Origin: Ginglymostoma cirratum
Lineage: Eukaryota
Assembly (NCBI GenBank): GCA_024137785.1
Contig: JAHRHZ010000133.1
Span: 26,560,598 to 26,624,597 of the forward strand
Length of the DNA: 64,000 bases
Direction: 5' to 3'
Below are positions 27,798 to 42,689 of this stretch, in pieces. The notes beneath the pieces are model-generated. The model did not search any database. It saw nothing but the letters and a program-made list of their open reading frames with translations, and had not been told where the DNA came from. Numbering within the stretch: the first letter of the stretch is position 1; each line of letters begins with the position of its first letter. Both the position numbers and the translations under genes were made by a program.

Positions 27798-27947
27798 AAG
27801 AACTGCCAATGCTGGCCTCAGAGATAACACTGTGTGGAGCTGGAGGAATACAGCAGGCCAGGCAGCATCAGAGGAACAGGAAAGCTGACGTTTCAGGTTG
27901 GGACCCTTCTTCAGAAAGGTGTTGGCAGTGGGGTGATAACTCAACCC
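27798..27947 (-). mobile_element. PLE family A terminus, 16-bp TSD
   Basis: TSD tagaatgcagaatagt 27782-27797 / 27948-27963. Confidence 0.78.
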
Positions 27948-28519
27948 TAGAATGCAGAATAGTTTTCTTGAGTTCAGTGAGAAAAAGCAAATTTTCCTAT
28001 TTGTTTGGACAATCCAATGAAACATTAGTCACTTAAAAGCAGGTTTTCATTTTCATTCAGTGGTATTTCACACAGTATACCTGTTGGTCACTCCATTTTT
28101 TTTTTAATTCATTCAAAACTGAAAGCGCTGGCAAACTACTAATTTACACTCCTGCCTCAGATTTCACAAATGTGATCGTATTAACCTTCCAGTACGTTGC
28201 CCAAACTTTCATTTGCAAGCTTGGGAAAAACAGGATAGTGGCTTGTTTATTTTAGTGGATATATTACTGAGTTAAAATCAATCTCTCAGATATTTGTGTT
28301 TTTGTATTTTCAACAGGAATAAATGAATTACAACTGAGAGTACAAAGTAATAATTTCCCTTTCTCAACTGGGATGATAAAGTGAATTCTAGAAGTACAAA
28401 TTCAGTAAGTTTACTGCAGGACGTGAACCCAGGATCTTCTCACCATCACTAAAGGGTGATGAAAGCATGTTTATTTAAGCTAAATGAAAAATGGTGAATA
28501 AACTCAATGAAGTACTTCA

Positions 28520-28759
<240 letters not shown>

Positions 28760-29606
28760 TCACTAACCTAACCTAGCCTTTTGCATCAATATTATTGACG
28801 AAACCAATTTGTTCATTTGAAACCAAAATCAGTCACTATTTTTACAATGAATGGGAACAAAACTCACAAACATACTCAGCACACAAGATTACCTGAAGAC
28901 ATCTTTCCTAACTGTATTACCAGATGGCCCTGGCTATTATGAAATGGAGTAACAGCACTTCTACTGTTCCTGCTCTTGGACATCCCTTCCCACAACACTG
29001 GAACTGCAGTGTTTCAAGACAGAGGCCCATCACCAGATTCCTTTGGGATGGCCAATAAATGCTCGTATAGCCAGAAAAGCCCGCGAAACAAATAAAACAA
29101 AACATTGGTTCAAAATGTGTGCCCCTTCATTTTCCTCTAATCCTTACAGCCTCCTTTCAAGGTCTACTTCTGATAAAACTTCCCTCAATTCCTCTTTTAT
29201 TTCACCCGCAGAAAACAAACTGGGATGTTTTCCTAGCTTTGTAAATTGAGGCTATTATTGCTACTGTTGCAGATATACCAAATGTGTAAATGTATGCATC
29301 AAGTTCTAGATTTCTGCTATTTTTCACACTTGTGTTATTGTATATTTGATTGTACAACTTTTAAAAGAAAAATACAAGAATGGATCATCTCAGGTGCTTC
29401 GTTTGTTTTAGCTAACCTTTTAACTAACTATTAACATTTACTTCAAGATGTAGTTCTGCTAAGTAAACTTCAGCAAACAATACTGTGATAAAAGAATGCT
29501 GTTCAGATTTACTGTGTCTATAGGTTTCCTTCTAACTGTAACATACGAAACATATCCTTTAATCCCACCTACAGACAAAAATATTCTTTGACTAAATCAA
29601 TAACTA

Positions 29607-30047
<441 letters not shown>

Positions 30048-30624
30048 CTATGATGGCTCAATGGGTGAATTCAATAGGAGGCATGGTATTCTGTCGATCA
30101 AACCAAGATCCCAGTTTACATGGTATGCAAGGACTGAGAACTTGGATTCCCTGACATTTTTGATAACATTCTTCATTGCCCATTATCTTAAACAAACAAA
30201 AAACAGAAAGCGCTGGAAATACTTTGCAAGACTGGCAGCATCTTTGGAAACATTTTATATCCAATATGACTTCTTTTTTCTGTTTTTTTTTCAGATTTTC
30301 ACCATCTGCAGTATTTTAATCTTCAAACAAATGCTCTGTTGATGTCAGACAGCAAACTAAATAATGAGGCATTTTGCAACTAGTAAATTGAATTCAAGTG
30401 TCGAAACTGGCCTGCACATAAAAGTCAGCCACTTCAAGGTAAATCAATAATGTGACAAAAAAGAATCCCTAATATTCATATAACCAAGGAACTTAATATA
30501 TTCTAAATAAGGTGGGTCAGGATAAATGAGAGAGCAATATTCCTCCCTCACGTCAAGAATTTTCCGCAACTTTATGTCAGTTGCTTCTTTCTAAGCTTAC
30601 TATTGCATGAATATTACATTGATT

Positions 30625-31075
30625 TTTACCAGGATGTTGCCTGCTATGGAGGGGAGGTCTTATGAGGAAAGGCTGAGGGACTTGAGGCTGTTTTCATTAC
30701 AGAGAAGAAGGTTAAGAGGTGACTTAATAGAGACATACAAGATGATCAGAGGATTAGATAGGGTGGACAGTGACAGCCTTTTTCCTCGGATGGTGATGGC
30801 TAGCACGAGGGGACATAGCTTTAAATTGAGGGGTGATAGATATAGGACAGATGTCAGAGGTAGGTTCTTTACTCAGAGTAGTAAGGGGGTGGAATGCCCT
30901 GCCTGAAACAGTAGTAGACTCGCCAACTTTAAGGGCATTTAAGTGGTCGTTGGATAAAGATATGGATGATAATGGAATAGTGTAAGTTAGATGGGCTTCA
31001 GATCGGTTTCACAGGTCAGTGCAACATCGAGGGCCGAAGGGCCTGTACTGCGCTGTAATGTTCTATGTTCTATGA
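30625..31075 (+). mobile_element. CR1 LINE 3' end
   Basis: FTRMLPAMEGRSYEERLRDLRLFSLQRRRLRGDLIETYKMIRGLDRVD; tail tgttctatgttctat. Confidence 0.88.
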
Positions 31076-31284
31076 TCCCTGTACCCAATACAAGTGACTA
31101 TTCAATTCATGTCAGCCTTGTTCGAGGTGGTGACAATAGTCCTGAATCTGTTTCTCTTGGACATCTAGAGGTGACGCATGCATTTTCTTCCTTGCAAAGG
31201 ATCTATTTTAGAACCAGAACTCATGCAAGTTCACGTAATCATCCAGCCAACTCAATATAAACTGGATATTAGGGTTTTTGCCCT

Positions 31285-31468
31285 TTTATTGCCCATCCCT
31301 TATTGTCCAGACAGCAGTTAAGAGTCAACCAGATTGCTCTGCGTCTGGAGTCACATGCGAGCCAGACTGGGTATGGATAGCAGTTTCCCTCCCTAAAGGA
31401 CACCAGATGGGTTTTTCCTGACAATTGACAATGGATTCACGGTAATCATTAGACTCTTAATTCCAGAT
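31285..31468 (-). repeat. 184-bp exact copy of 32247-32430 (internal SINE fragment)
   Basis: Base-by-base identical on manual comparison. Confidence 0.9.
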
Positions 31469-32207
31469 CTGGGCTCATATAAAGGGGTATGTGTCAAAGA
31501 GCTGCTGCAAGCCAGTCCTTTCAGACAAAGAAGGAAATGTTAAAAAAATTTGGCAAATGTAGAGGACCTAAATTATGGTTAAGGTAGAGCAAGAAGCCAT
31601 GGTAGATTTAAAACATTTTAATTTAGAAAACAAAATAAGTATTCCTGCCTGGAAATTATTTTTTTGTTTTAGTACTTTTCAATCTTATTGATGACAACAT
31701 TTTACAATGCTAAGCTTTACAGTTAAAATCAAAATAGGACTGTGCTGTAGGGACACAGTCCACCAAAACACAAACTTCTGGAGCTCAAGAGTGGCAAGAT
31801 ATAGCAATTTGCCAGCATCCTCCACTCATCTTGACTTCATGATCCAACTAATGCTGCTTTGGCAAAGCACCGAGTTCACAAAGAAGGAATATCATTACTT
31901 CATTTCAGTTCTTAGCAGCCAGCTTCAGAATGGCATTGGTGAGTCAAGGGAAGGCCTTGCCTATCCTTTCAGCTGAGGATATTATTAGGGGGGAAAAGTT
32001 ACCTTCTCAAAATATACCTACTATAAATTAAAGATTCAGAGTGGCTTTCAACAGTCCTCTCAAAACACATCAAACTCTACATTATCAGATGCTATCAATT
32101 AGAAAACTGACTGGGTATTATTAAGATGCAGCACTTAAGTGCAATATCCAGTGCAACAGAGATGGGACTGTGACTGAGTTTTCAATGTCACATAACTTTA
32201 GCTTTCT

Positions 32208-32540
32208 TTTCATTCATTCATGTGGGCGTTGCTGGCTGAGCCAGCATTTATTGCCCATCCCTTATTGTCCAGACAGCAGTTAAGAGTCAACCAGATTGCT
32301 CTGCGTCTGGAGTCACATGCGAGCCAGACTGGGTATGGATAGCAGTTTCCCTCCCTAAAGGACACCAGATGGGTTTTTCCTGACAATTGACAATGGATTC
32401 ACGGTAATCATTAGACTCTTAATTCCAGATTTTTGTCGAATTCAAATCCCACCATTTGCATTGGAAGAATTCAAACCCAGGTCCCAAGAACATTACCTGG
32501 GTCCCGGGATCAACAGTCCAGCAATAATACCACTAGGCCA
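32208..32540 (-). mobile_element. tRNA-derived SINE sharing its 3' tail with the 42690-44220 LINE
   Basis: Same family as 61821-62180; A/B-box-like head (tggcctagtggt..gggtttgaattc) on -. Confidence 0.75.
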
Positions 32541-32765
32541 TTGTTTCAGTTGCAAGGTGAAGCAGTCTGTGCTATAGTAAATTGCATTTATAGCAAAAAA
32601 GAAACAAATTGGATCACTATTCACATGAACATCTCAAGTCTCTGAAACTTAGTTAGGTCAGAGTTCAGCAACATTTGATATACTTAAGCAAAAAGAAACT
32701 GTAGATAAAATTGCAAGTGTAAATTGAATTTTAGCATCCTCTTAAAAAAAATTCAATAACCTGAC

Positions 32766-33000
32766 CTTCAGCTGGAAGCTGATTAGCATATTCTGGAGGC
32801 AAGGTGAGAAGGGCATAGTCCTGTAGAGCAGCCAGCCAGAGTTTACTCAGTGTTCCCAGTTCTAATTGGACTAAATTGAGAAGACCTTCTGCAATTGTAA
32901 TTGCATCCTTCGAGCCACCAGCAGTAGACCTCTCAACCTTCAAGAATTGCTTCTGCTTTGGAGCACATACCTTTTGCCTTTCCACAGTTACTATGTAAAC
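32766..33000 (-). CDS. HEATR5A: HEATR5A coding exon 11
   Basis: VYIVTVERQK...LLNLVQLELGTLSKLWLAALQDYALLTLPPEYANQLPAE(G); AG/GT boundaries. Confidence 0.92.
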
Positions 33001-33099
33001 CTGACAGCAAACATAAAAATGTTAACCAAACACACAAATGTTGAGATTTTTCAAAGACAGATTCTATTTGGTTAGAATAAACAATACAGGTGCTACTAC

Positions 33100-33900
33100 A
33101 AATTTGTCAGGAAATTACGAACAGGTGCAAAAAAAAAAGACCAGTTATGAGGAACTTAAAATTACAGAAATACTGACAGGGATAGTAATAATGCAAAAGG
33201 TGGAAAGGGGGAAGAGTTTCTGAAAAAATTTCTGTATCATCTCGTTTACAGCAGATGAGGAAGAATCTGCTTCTGGAAATTAGGTAAGTCAAGAGTCAAT
33301 AGGAAAATATTTATGGACAGTTATCAGCTCTCATCACGGTGTCACAAGGTTTAAGCAAACTACGGAAAAGATAAAGAGAAATCTAGAGTTAAATAATTAA
33401 TTGGAATGGGTGGGGACTCAATTTCAGCTTGCTGAGAAAAGATCCAGACCAAGCAAATTTGAGTCACGTACTGTGAGAGAGCAATTGCTTTTAAAGAGGA
33501 TATGGCTTGCTTAAGGCTGAACAATGTTGCCACAAAGGGAAAATGTTAAAAAAAAGAGGCTTCATGATGGTGTAAGAAATAGGGATCAAGAAAAAGTTAA
33601 ATAAAAGGTGCATATGACAAACGTCAGGTTGATAAATCAAGTCAGAACAAAACCAAATATAGAAAGTACAAACAGGAAATGAAGCAGGAAGCAAGAAGCA
33701 AGAAGGCCAAAGAGAAGTATGAGAGGAGACTGGCAGTTAAAATGAAAGTGAGTTTGCTTTAGAAATATATGCAAAAGGGTAATAAGGACTGGGCTGAGGT
33801 AGATGAGGGGGCAAAAAGGGGTACTTATACATGAAAGCAGACATTTATCTAAAAGTGTGAAATAGGCACTTCATAGCTATCTTTTCAAAGAGGAATGATA
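33100..33900 (+). mobile_element. highly decayed LINE (CR1-like ORF2 endonuclease region)
   Basis: A-rich decayed coding-like sequence; weak motif similarity only. Confidence 0.35.
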
Positions 33901-34052
33901 ATGCCAAAGTCATGGTCAATCACTCCTTGAATATCAGGTTTCTAGAATCTATTTGTGCAACAATCTTCCATTTTATCAAACCACTATGCCTTCATGATTA
34001 ATTGACTACTCAGGTCATGACACCTTCAAAAGTGTACCAGAAATATACTTCA

Positions 34053-34256
<204 letters not shown>

Positions 34257-35013
34257 CTAACACAGAAATTAAAAGAAATTTTTAATTTGATCTCAATGAC
34301 TGCACTGGCCCAGAGAATTCCATTTGGCATTGAGATAGAATCAGCAAGTCTGGTAGTATGTGTGGAGGGAGATACCGAGTTAATGTTTTGAGATCAAAAT
34401 GCCACTTTAGGATTGAGTTTGCGACAATTCTGGAAAAGTGACATTGGACTTGAAACTTTAACTCTGCTGAGTTGTTTCCAATGTTTTCTGTTTGCATTTT
34501 AGATTTCTATCATCTGGCTTTTCTTGAGCATTGAGATGTCAGTTAACCAGGTACTTCTCCATGGTCTGGAAACTATTTCAGAGAGAAAAGACTACGTTTC
34601 TGAGTTAGGTTAATTTAGAACATATGGTCACATTGTCAGAGTACAGCAGATGTAGACACCGTCTACAAGTACTGGGAAATTAAGGCCTGCATAATGAATT
34701 AAATTAGATTGCAGTTTGAGACCATTTTTTGTATTTTCATTAAAACAAAAGTCCATCAGGTAATCACAATTCATTTGGTAAGTATAAAAACTGTTTATCC
34801 AGCTGTCACAAAATCAACAGGACTATGATTTCATCTTCAACTCAATATTTTTATCCCTTAATTTCCCCGCCATCTGCAAATAGATTCATGAGTTGAGACC
34901 AACAATTACTTACTCACTTAATTGGCTGCAGCAAAAAGACTGTTAATGAGCTATCTTAACCCTGTCCATTTAATATTTAAGTGTTTGATGGTAAGGCTGA
35001 AAAAGGACAGTAA

Positions 35014-35214
35014 AAAAAATGAAAGAACTGCGGATGCTGTAAATCAGGAACAAAAACAGCAGTTGCTGGAAAAGCTCAGCAGGTCTGGCAGCATCTGTGA
35101 AGAAAAAAATCTGTTCTGAGGAGGAGTCACCAGACCAGAAACGTTAACTCCGATTTTTTCTTCACAGACTTTGCCAGACCTGCTGAGCTTTTCCAGCCTC
35201 TTCTGTTTTTGTTC
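35014..35214. mobile_element. fold-back PLE family C insertion, 17-bp TSD (1 mismatch)
   Basis: ctgaaaaaggacagtaa 34997-35013 / ctgaaataggacagtaa 35215-35231; ~65-bp inverted arms around degenerate ctgaggaggagtcaccagaccagaaacgtt. Confidence 0.78.
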
Positions 35215-35576
35215 CTGAAATAGGACAGTAACCCGGCAGAGAATGCACACTGATTCCTAATCAAAGGGACACTGTAGCCAAATATATCAGCTGCCTAAAA
35301 ATCAGCACCACCGATTCTAGAATCTTCTGGTGTGAAGCTGTGCCGTCTTCACCAAATGGTCTGTTGTTTCCAACGTTACACAATGTAGCCAGCGAAGTTC
35401 AAACCATTTTAATGTAGTTTTTCAGGAAAAACTGATTACCTTTACTAGACGCGGATTATCCCAAAGGACATTCAGCTGAAACCTACAACATGGCATTGGG
35501 AGTATTAACTATGGACCGCTCGATAGCAATAGATTACAAGTTGCTTTAAATTCCATATTTTTCCTCCACTATATTA

Positions 35577-35813
<237 letters not shown>

Positions 35814-36326
35814 TTAACATGGCTATATCTTTATGGTGAAAGCAATAAGCTATTATAGCAAAATGTTTCAGAAAGAACAGAGTGCAATATTATCATTATA
35901 TTCCAAGATATTCAAGGTGAAATACAGGCTCATGCCTGCAGCTCCTCAAAGACCATTTCCAACCTTGCCATTTGAAATACAGCAAATAAATAGTCCACTT
36001 GTAAATAAAGGAAACTAAAATGAAGATGTCAAAAGCGAAGTTATTAAGGACCAGTAACACACAGCTGAATTCATATCAAGAGGGGTATCAATAGGTTTAG
36101 TAATTAAAAAATGAAACAAGTACTGTTAAGTATAGCAGAAGACTACAATTTTTTTTGCAGTGACATTAGGGTGTTTATTCCAATAATACTACTTAAAATA
36201 CAGGATTTCTTGTTATTCTGTTGAAGACTTTGGTCAAAGAATCAAAACAACTTTTTAAACTGCAAATCTTGATGGAGTAAGACAAAGTAGAGAAATTCTG
36301 GAGGGAGCAGACTCAAGAAGCACAAA

Positions 36327-36658
36327 CATGGTGGCTCAGTGGTTAGCACTGCTGCCTCACAGCGCCAGGTTTGATTCCAGCCTTGGGCGACTGTCTGTGT
36401 GGAGTTTGTACGTTCTCCCCGTGTCTGCGTGGGTTTCCTCCGGGTGCTCCGGTTTCCTCCCACAATCCAAAGATGTGCAGGGTAGGTGGACTGGTCATGC
36501 TAAATTGCCCTGTAGTGTCCAGGGATGTTTAGGTTAGGTGGGTTAGACATGGGAAATTAGGGGAATGGGTCTGGGTGGGATGCTCTTCGGAGGGGCAGTG
36601 TGGACTTGTTGGGCCGAAGGGCCCATTTCCACACTGCAGGGATTCCATGATTCTATGA
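36327..36658 (+). mobile_element. HE1-type V-SINE
   Basis: gtggctcagtggttagcactgctgcctcacagcgccagg...V-domain...gattctatga tail. Confidence 0.88.
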
Positions 36659-37504
36659 AAACATGAATAGGATATGGAAGGGCAAAGTGTGTCGCTGGAG
36701 GCTTGGAGAGCTGAAGGAACTGTTCCTGTGCTGTACTGTTCTTTGTTCTAGATTGCTATATTATCTTCATCTGCAGAATCAATGCTCATTTATTCCTTTA
36801 ATTCACCTGACAACCTTTCTAAAATTTTCTAATTCAAATATAGTGAAGCTTTATTTTTAATACAAAAATAACTACTGAAAACATAGGAGTCTGCTATAGC
36901 ATGGAACATAGCAGGTGGTGGGTCTGTTTTGGATTCCAAACTTTTATTTCAGTAAGATTTGTCCTGTGTGGTATTAAACCACACAAGTCAGGAAGGCCCT
37001 CAGCTTAGTAATGAGCACTGTGGAAACAACTGCAATGCGATTTCAGTTGACCTCAGCACCTGTATGAAGAAACCAGCAGACCTAGTTGTGTAGCTGCTGA
37101 TTTTCTGATGTAGGCTGACAAGCATGTATACATGTATAAGTTTGACTGCTATGCACCAGCAAGGACTAAAGTGGACACCATGCATACACTATGGGCCGCA
37201 ATTGTCAATGGAGTTAGAGGGGTCATATTTGGGATTTTGAGCGTCCCTCCTCAAAGCAGCAATGGTCACAGTCAAGGAGAGATTTCCTAGTCTGGTCGCT
37301 ATGGTAGGACAGTACTGAATTCACTAGGTCCAGTAGTTATCAGTTGCTTATCTCACAGGCAAATACGGATTCAAGAGTGCAAACAACTTTTCAGTTCTAG
37401 ATAGAACTGGTAGCTAAGCGACAGAGTTTGGAGTAAGGATTGAAGACAATAACATCATTCTTCCCAAAATGTAACTGGAAGGAACTTCTGCCCATTCAGT
37501 ACTT

Positions 37505-37850
37505 TTTATTTTCAGTGGGATGTAGGTGGTACTGACAAGGCCAGCATTCGTTGCCAGTCCCTAACTGCCCTTGAACTAAGTAGCTTGATAGGCAGTTAAG
37601 AATCAAGTACGTTGTCATGGGTCTGGAATCACATATAGATCAGATTGGGAAAGGGTGGAAGGTCAACTTTTCCAAACAACATTTGTGAACTAGATGGGAT
37701 TTTATGATAACCGTTAATGGTTTTACAGTTACTAATTTAGAGATTAACTTTCAATTCCAGATTTATTAATTTAATTCAAATTTCACTTGTTACCGTGGTA
37801 GAATCTTATCCCATGCCTTCAGGGCCTGGGCTTCTGGATTACTAGTCCGT
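37505..37850 (-). mobile_element. diverged SINE of the 32208/61821 family
   Basis: ggccagcattcgttgccagtccctaactgcccttg...ttccagatttattaat...ctggattactagtcc. Confidence 0.6.
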
Positions 37851-37959
37851 CCCTTCAAAACTGATAACTGATTAAACAAGAATAGATTTAATTTACAAAA
37901 TATGAAATCACTGCAAGAGTCCAAATTGTTTTCTTCGTTTACTCAGCTGTCGCACATAG

Positions 37960-38490
37960 GACATAGAATATAGAACAATACAGCGCAGAACAGGCCCTTC
38001 GGCCCTCAATGTTGCGCTGACCTGTGAACTAACTAAGCCCACCCCCTACACTATCCCATCATCATCCAAGGACTGTTTAAATGCCCCTAATGTGGCTGAG
38101 TTAACTACATTAGCAGGCAGGGCATTCCACGCCCTTACCACTCTCTGAGTAAAGAACCTGCCTCTGACATCTGTCTTAAATCTATCACTCCTCAATTTGC
38201 AGCTATGCCCCCTCGTACTAGCCGACGTCATCATCCTATGAAAAAGACTCTCACTGTCCACCCTATCTAATCCTCTGATCATTTTGTATGTCTCTATTAA
38301 ATCCCCTCTTAGCCTTCTTCTCTCCAATGAGAACAGACCCAAGTCCCTCAGCCTTTCCTCATGAGACCTTCGCTCCAGACCAGGCAACATCCTGGTAAAT
38401 CTCCTCTGCACCTTTTCCAACACTTCCACATCCTTCCTGTAATGGGGCGACCAGAACTGTACGCAATATTCCAAGTGAGGCTGCACTAGC
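37960..38490 (-). mobile_element. CR1 LINE 3' end (same subfamily as 30625-31075)
   Basis: ORF 38046-38486 QPHLEYCVQFWSPHYRKDVEVLEKVQRRFTRMLPGL...; catagaatatagaac tail. Confidence 0.9.
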
Positions 38491-38535
38491 GTTTTGTACT
38501 TAACTGTGCAAACTAATTCTGTTTGTCTTCAAAAC

Positions 38536-39835
38536 TATAAGAACATAAGAACTAGGAGCAGGAGTAGGCCATCTGGCCCCTTGAGCCTGCCCCGCCATTT
38601 AATAAGATCATGGCTGATCTTTCTGAGACTCAGCTCCACTTACCTGCCCATTCACCATAACCCTTAATTCCTTTACTGTTCAAAAATTTATCTAGCCTTG
38701 CCTTAAAAACATTCAGTGAGGTAGCTTCAACCGCTTCACTGGGCAGGGAATTCCACAGATTCACAACCCTTTGGGTGAAGAAGTTCCTCCTGACCTCAGT
38801 CCTACATCTGCTTGCCTTTATTTTGAGGTGATGCCCTTTAGTCCTAGTTTCACCTGCGAGCGGAAACAACCTCCCCGCCTCCACCTTATCTATCCCCTTC
38901 ATAATCTTATATGTTTCTAGAAGATCTCCCTTCATTCTTCTGAATTCCAATGAGTATAATCCCAATCTGTTCAGTCTCTCCTCATAATCCAACCCTCTCA
39001 ACTCTGGAATCAATTGAGTGAATCTCCTCTGCACCCCCTCCAGTGCTAGTATATTTCTTCTCAAGTAAGGAGACCAGAACTGCACACAGTACTCCAGGTG
39101 TGGCCTCACCAGGACCCTATAGAGCTGCAGCATAGCCTCCTTGTTTTTAAACTCCATCCCTCTAGCAATGGCAGACAAAATTCCATTTGCCTTTTTAATT
39201 ACCTGCTGCACCTGCAATTTCACCTTCAGCAATTCATGCACAAGGACACCCAAGTCCCTCTGCACAGCAGCGTGCTGCAATTTTTTACCATTTAAAACAC
39301 AGTCCATTTTCTTGTTATTCCTACCAAAATGGATGACCTCACACTTATCAACATTGTACTCCATCTGCCAGACCTTTGCCCACTCACTTAGACTATCTAT
39401 ATCCCTCTGCAGGCTTTCAGTGTCTTCTGCACACTTTGCTCTACCACTCACCTTAGTGTCATCTGCAAATTTTGACACACCACACTTAGTCCCCAACTCC
39501 AAATCATCTATGTAAATTGTAAACAATTGCGGTCCCAACACTGATCCCTGAGGCACACCACTAGCCATTGACCGCCAACCAGAAAAACACCCATTTACCC
39601 CTACTCTCTGCTTTCTACTGGTCAACCAATCCTCTATCCTTGCCAATACATTACCTGTAATACCGTGCAACTTTATCTTATGTAGCAGTCTTTGGTGTGG
39701 CACCTTGTCAAATGCCTTCTGGAAATCCAGATACACCACATCTACAGGTTCCCCATTGTCCACCATGCAAGTAATGTCCTCAAAGAATTCCACCAAATTA
39801 GTTAAACATGACCTACCCTTCATGAACCCATGCTG
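38536..39835 (-). mobile_element. young 5'-truncated CR1 LINE with open 397-aa RT C-terminal frame
   Basis: ORF 38630-39823: VYLDFQKAFDKVPH, SGVPQGSVLGP, KFADDTK, RPHLEYCVQFWSP; taagaacataagaac tail. Confidence 0.95.
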
Positions 39836-39882
39836 GGTGTTATGATCTTACTTCAAAATAATCCATTGGCTGTAAAGCATCA

Positions 39883-40155
<273 letters not shown>

Positions 40156-40323
40156 CTAACAAATCCTATAAAGTGAACCACATCAGTTTCACATTTTGGT
40201 AATTGTACTCTTAAATTGAGCACAGGTTCAACAAACCACTGAACAAGCTACATCTCTCCTCTCTCAGCCAACACCCTTTCCCTAAGGGAAGTTAACTTTT
40301 CAGGTTCCTTTGTAACCACTTAC

Positions 40324-40563
40324 TTTTTGGGTGCTTCACTTTCCTTTCCTGAGCCATTGTCATATCAAAATGAGCAGAATCAACATTCTCGCACTGTGTA
40401 ATAATTCGACACACACATTCTGCAGCAAATACCCTTGTAGGCCAGCGTGGTTTGATGACTGATTGGAATTGGTCATCTCTTCTGGAGGTAAATATTGAAT
40501 CATCATCTCCTCTATCCTCCTCCTCTTCCTGAGTTGTGTCAACTGGTGCTGTGGTGGTGAAAT
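40324..40563 (-). CDS. HEATR5A: HEATR5A coding exon 7
   Basis: ccAG|AT..AAA A|GTaagt; (D)FTTTAPVDTTQEEEEDRGDDDSIFTSRRDDQFQSVIKPRWPTRVFAAECVCRIITQCENVDSAHFDMTMAQERKVKHPK. Confidence 0.9.
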
Positions 40564-40734
40564 CTGGACCACAAAAATTGATTTTTTTTCAAAAAAGATT
40601 ATTTGATAAGTTTAAAAACTTACGAAAATACGGAATTGCAAATAATGCAAAATATATGTAAAAATTTACTCAAAATTCTAATCAGATTGTAAAGGGAGTC
40701 ACATCTAACTGTTGCACTGAAGTGGTGATATCCA

Positions 40735-41064
40735 CATAGCATCATAGGATCCCTACAGTGTGGAAACAGGCCCTTCGGCCCAACAAGTCCACACTGACCC
40801 TCGGAGCATCCCACCCAGACCCATCCCCCTGTAACACACCTCATCCACAGACCCCTGAACACTACGGGCAATTTAGCTTAGCCAATCCACCCAACCTGCA
40901 CATCTTTGGACTGTGGGAGGAAACCGGAGCACCCGGAGGAAACCCACGCAGACACAGGGAGAATGTACAAACTCCACACAGAAAGTCGCCCGAGGGTGGA
41001 ACTGAACCCGGGTCCCTGGCGCTGTGAGGCAGCAGTGCTAACCACTGAGCCACCGTGCCGCCCC
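40735..41064 (-). mobile_element. HE1-type V-SINE (near full length)
   Basis: tRNA-like head with A/B boxes, V-domain, CR1-like tail. Confidence 0.9.
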
Positions 41065-41476
41065 ACCACATGTGCACTAATAATTCACAAATTGAGTTTT
41101 TAAACTCAGCATGCCATGACAGTTACACTTCTGCCCAAGGGGGAGAAATTTGGAAGGTCTCTCCCATCCCAGAATTCTGGCTCAATTTAAAACTTGTTAA
41201 AACGTTTAAAACTTGTTAACTCACTGGAACATTCTAAACTATGTTAGTCACGCATTGCAAAGCTGCCGAGGTGAAATAAATAAGCTTTATATTGAGATAT
41301 GCAAATCTAATGCTAAATTCACTCTCAACAGGTTGGCTACAGACGTTACCTATTTGTTCATTGAGACAGAAATAATCCTCAACAGGTGGAATTCAAGAAA
41401 GAGTAAAGATACTAAAAAATAAACTTCCATATTAGACTGCAACAAGCCTAATTTCCTGTGTTTGGCAGGAGACTTA

Positions 41477-41725
<249 letters not shown>

Positions 41726-42689
41726 TCATGTTTTCTGTTAAACAGCCAAGACATCAAGACTTCAATTTTGGTACTTAGGTTACCTTATTTAGCTTTACAA
41801 GGAAATAAGTTGATGTGTGTAGTCCTCCCTGACACTTTGGCCAAATACAAATAAATAACACATTTCTGAAGCATAACAGGTCATCACAATCTATTAGTTT
41901 TAATAGTTTTTGAAATAAATTATATCATGATGGGTTATTAAATAGAGTACATTATTTTCTATCGGCTGTCATGGCACAGCAAAGACTACAACCCTAAAAC
42001 CGCAGGTTCTGCAGAACATTGCCAATAATAGTTACAACAGGGCAGAATGGCTCCTTCAGCTTTCTTGTAGTTGGTGACCTAAGCTCCTGAACATACTATT
42101 GCAAAAATAAAGCAGAACTCTCAGAAACATCCAGTACAGTCCAATCAGTGGATAGTAATTGTGCTTAATTGGACAACAACTACAGTCTCATTGGTGGCCC
42201 CATAAATAGGCACCAACTAAAATTGTGATTGATGGTTTGGTGGTGCGTGCATGCCATGTTTAACTCAGCAAACTACTGCTTGAGGTGTATCTTTCAACTT
42301 GCTTTCTTGAGTACAAAAGTGGAAGCCACTTCTTTAAAGCACAATCTTCAGGTTTATGCAACAATAAAAATTCACTTGTAGTACACAAGAGATAATTGTA
42401 CAAACATCACCAGTTCTCCCAATAAATTACAGCCATAGCTTTGGGTAACAATTATTATTGCTCAAGAAACTATTTGTAACAGTAGGACAGTATTTACTTT
42501 GACTCGTGCAATACAGCAAGGAAACTAGATTTGAGGGAAAAAAGGGACAAAATATTGATTTTCTCTGTTTAGCAGAATCCAATGTCACTGGCTTTAATGG
42601 GTGTATTATACTGTAAAACCTTTGCTACTTTTTAAAAATCTCATTCAGACCTTCATCCACTACGCTGAGTGGGTGATCTATCTTGGCAT

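Noticed and set aside
38630-39823. 397-aa RT ORF as a domesticated gene or retron-like system
   Set aside because: 5'-truncated CR1 ORF2 with a typical CR1 tail; no evidence of an independent promoter or start.
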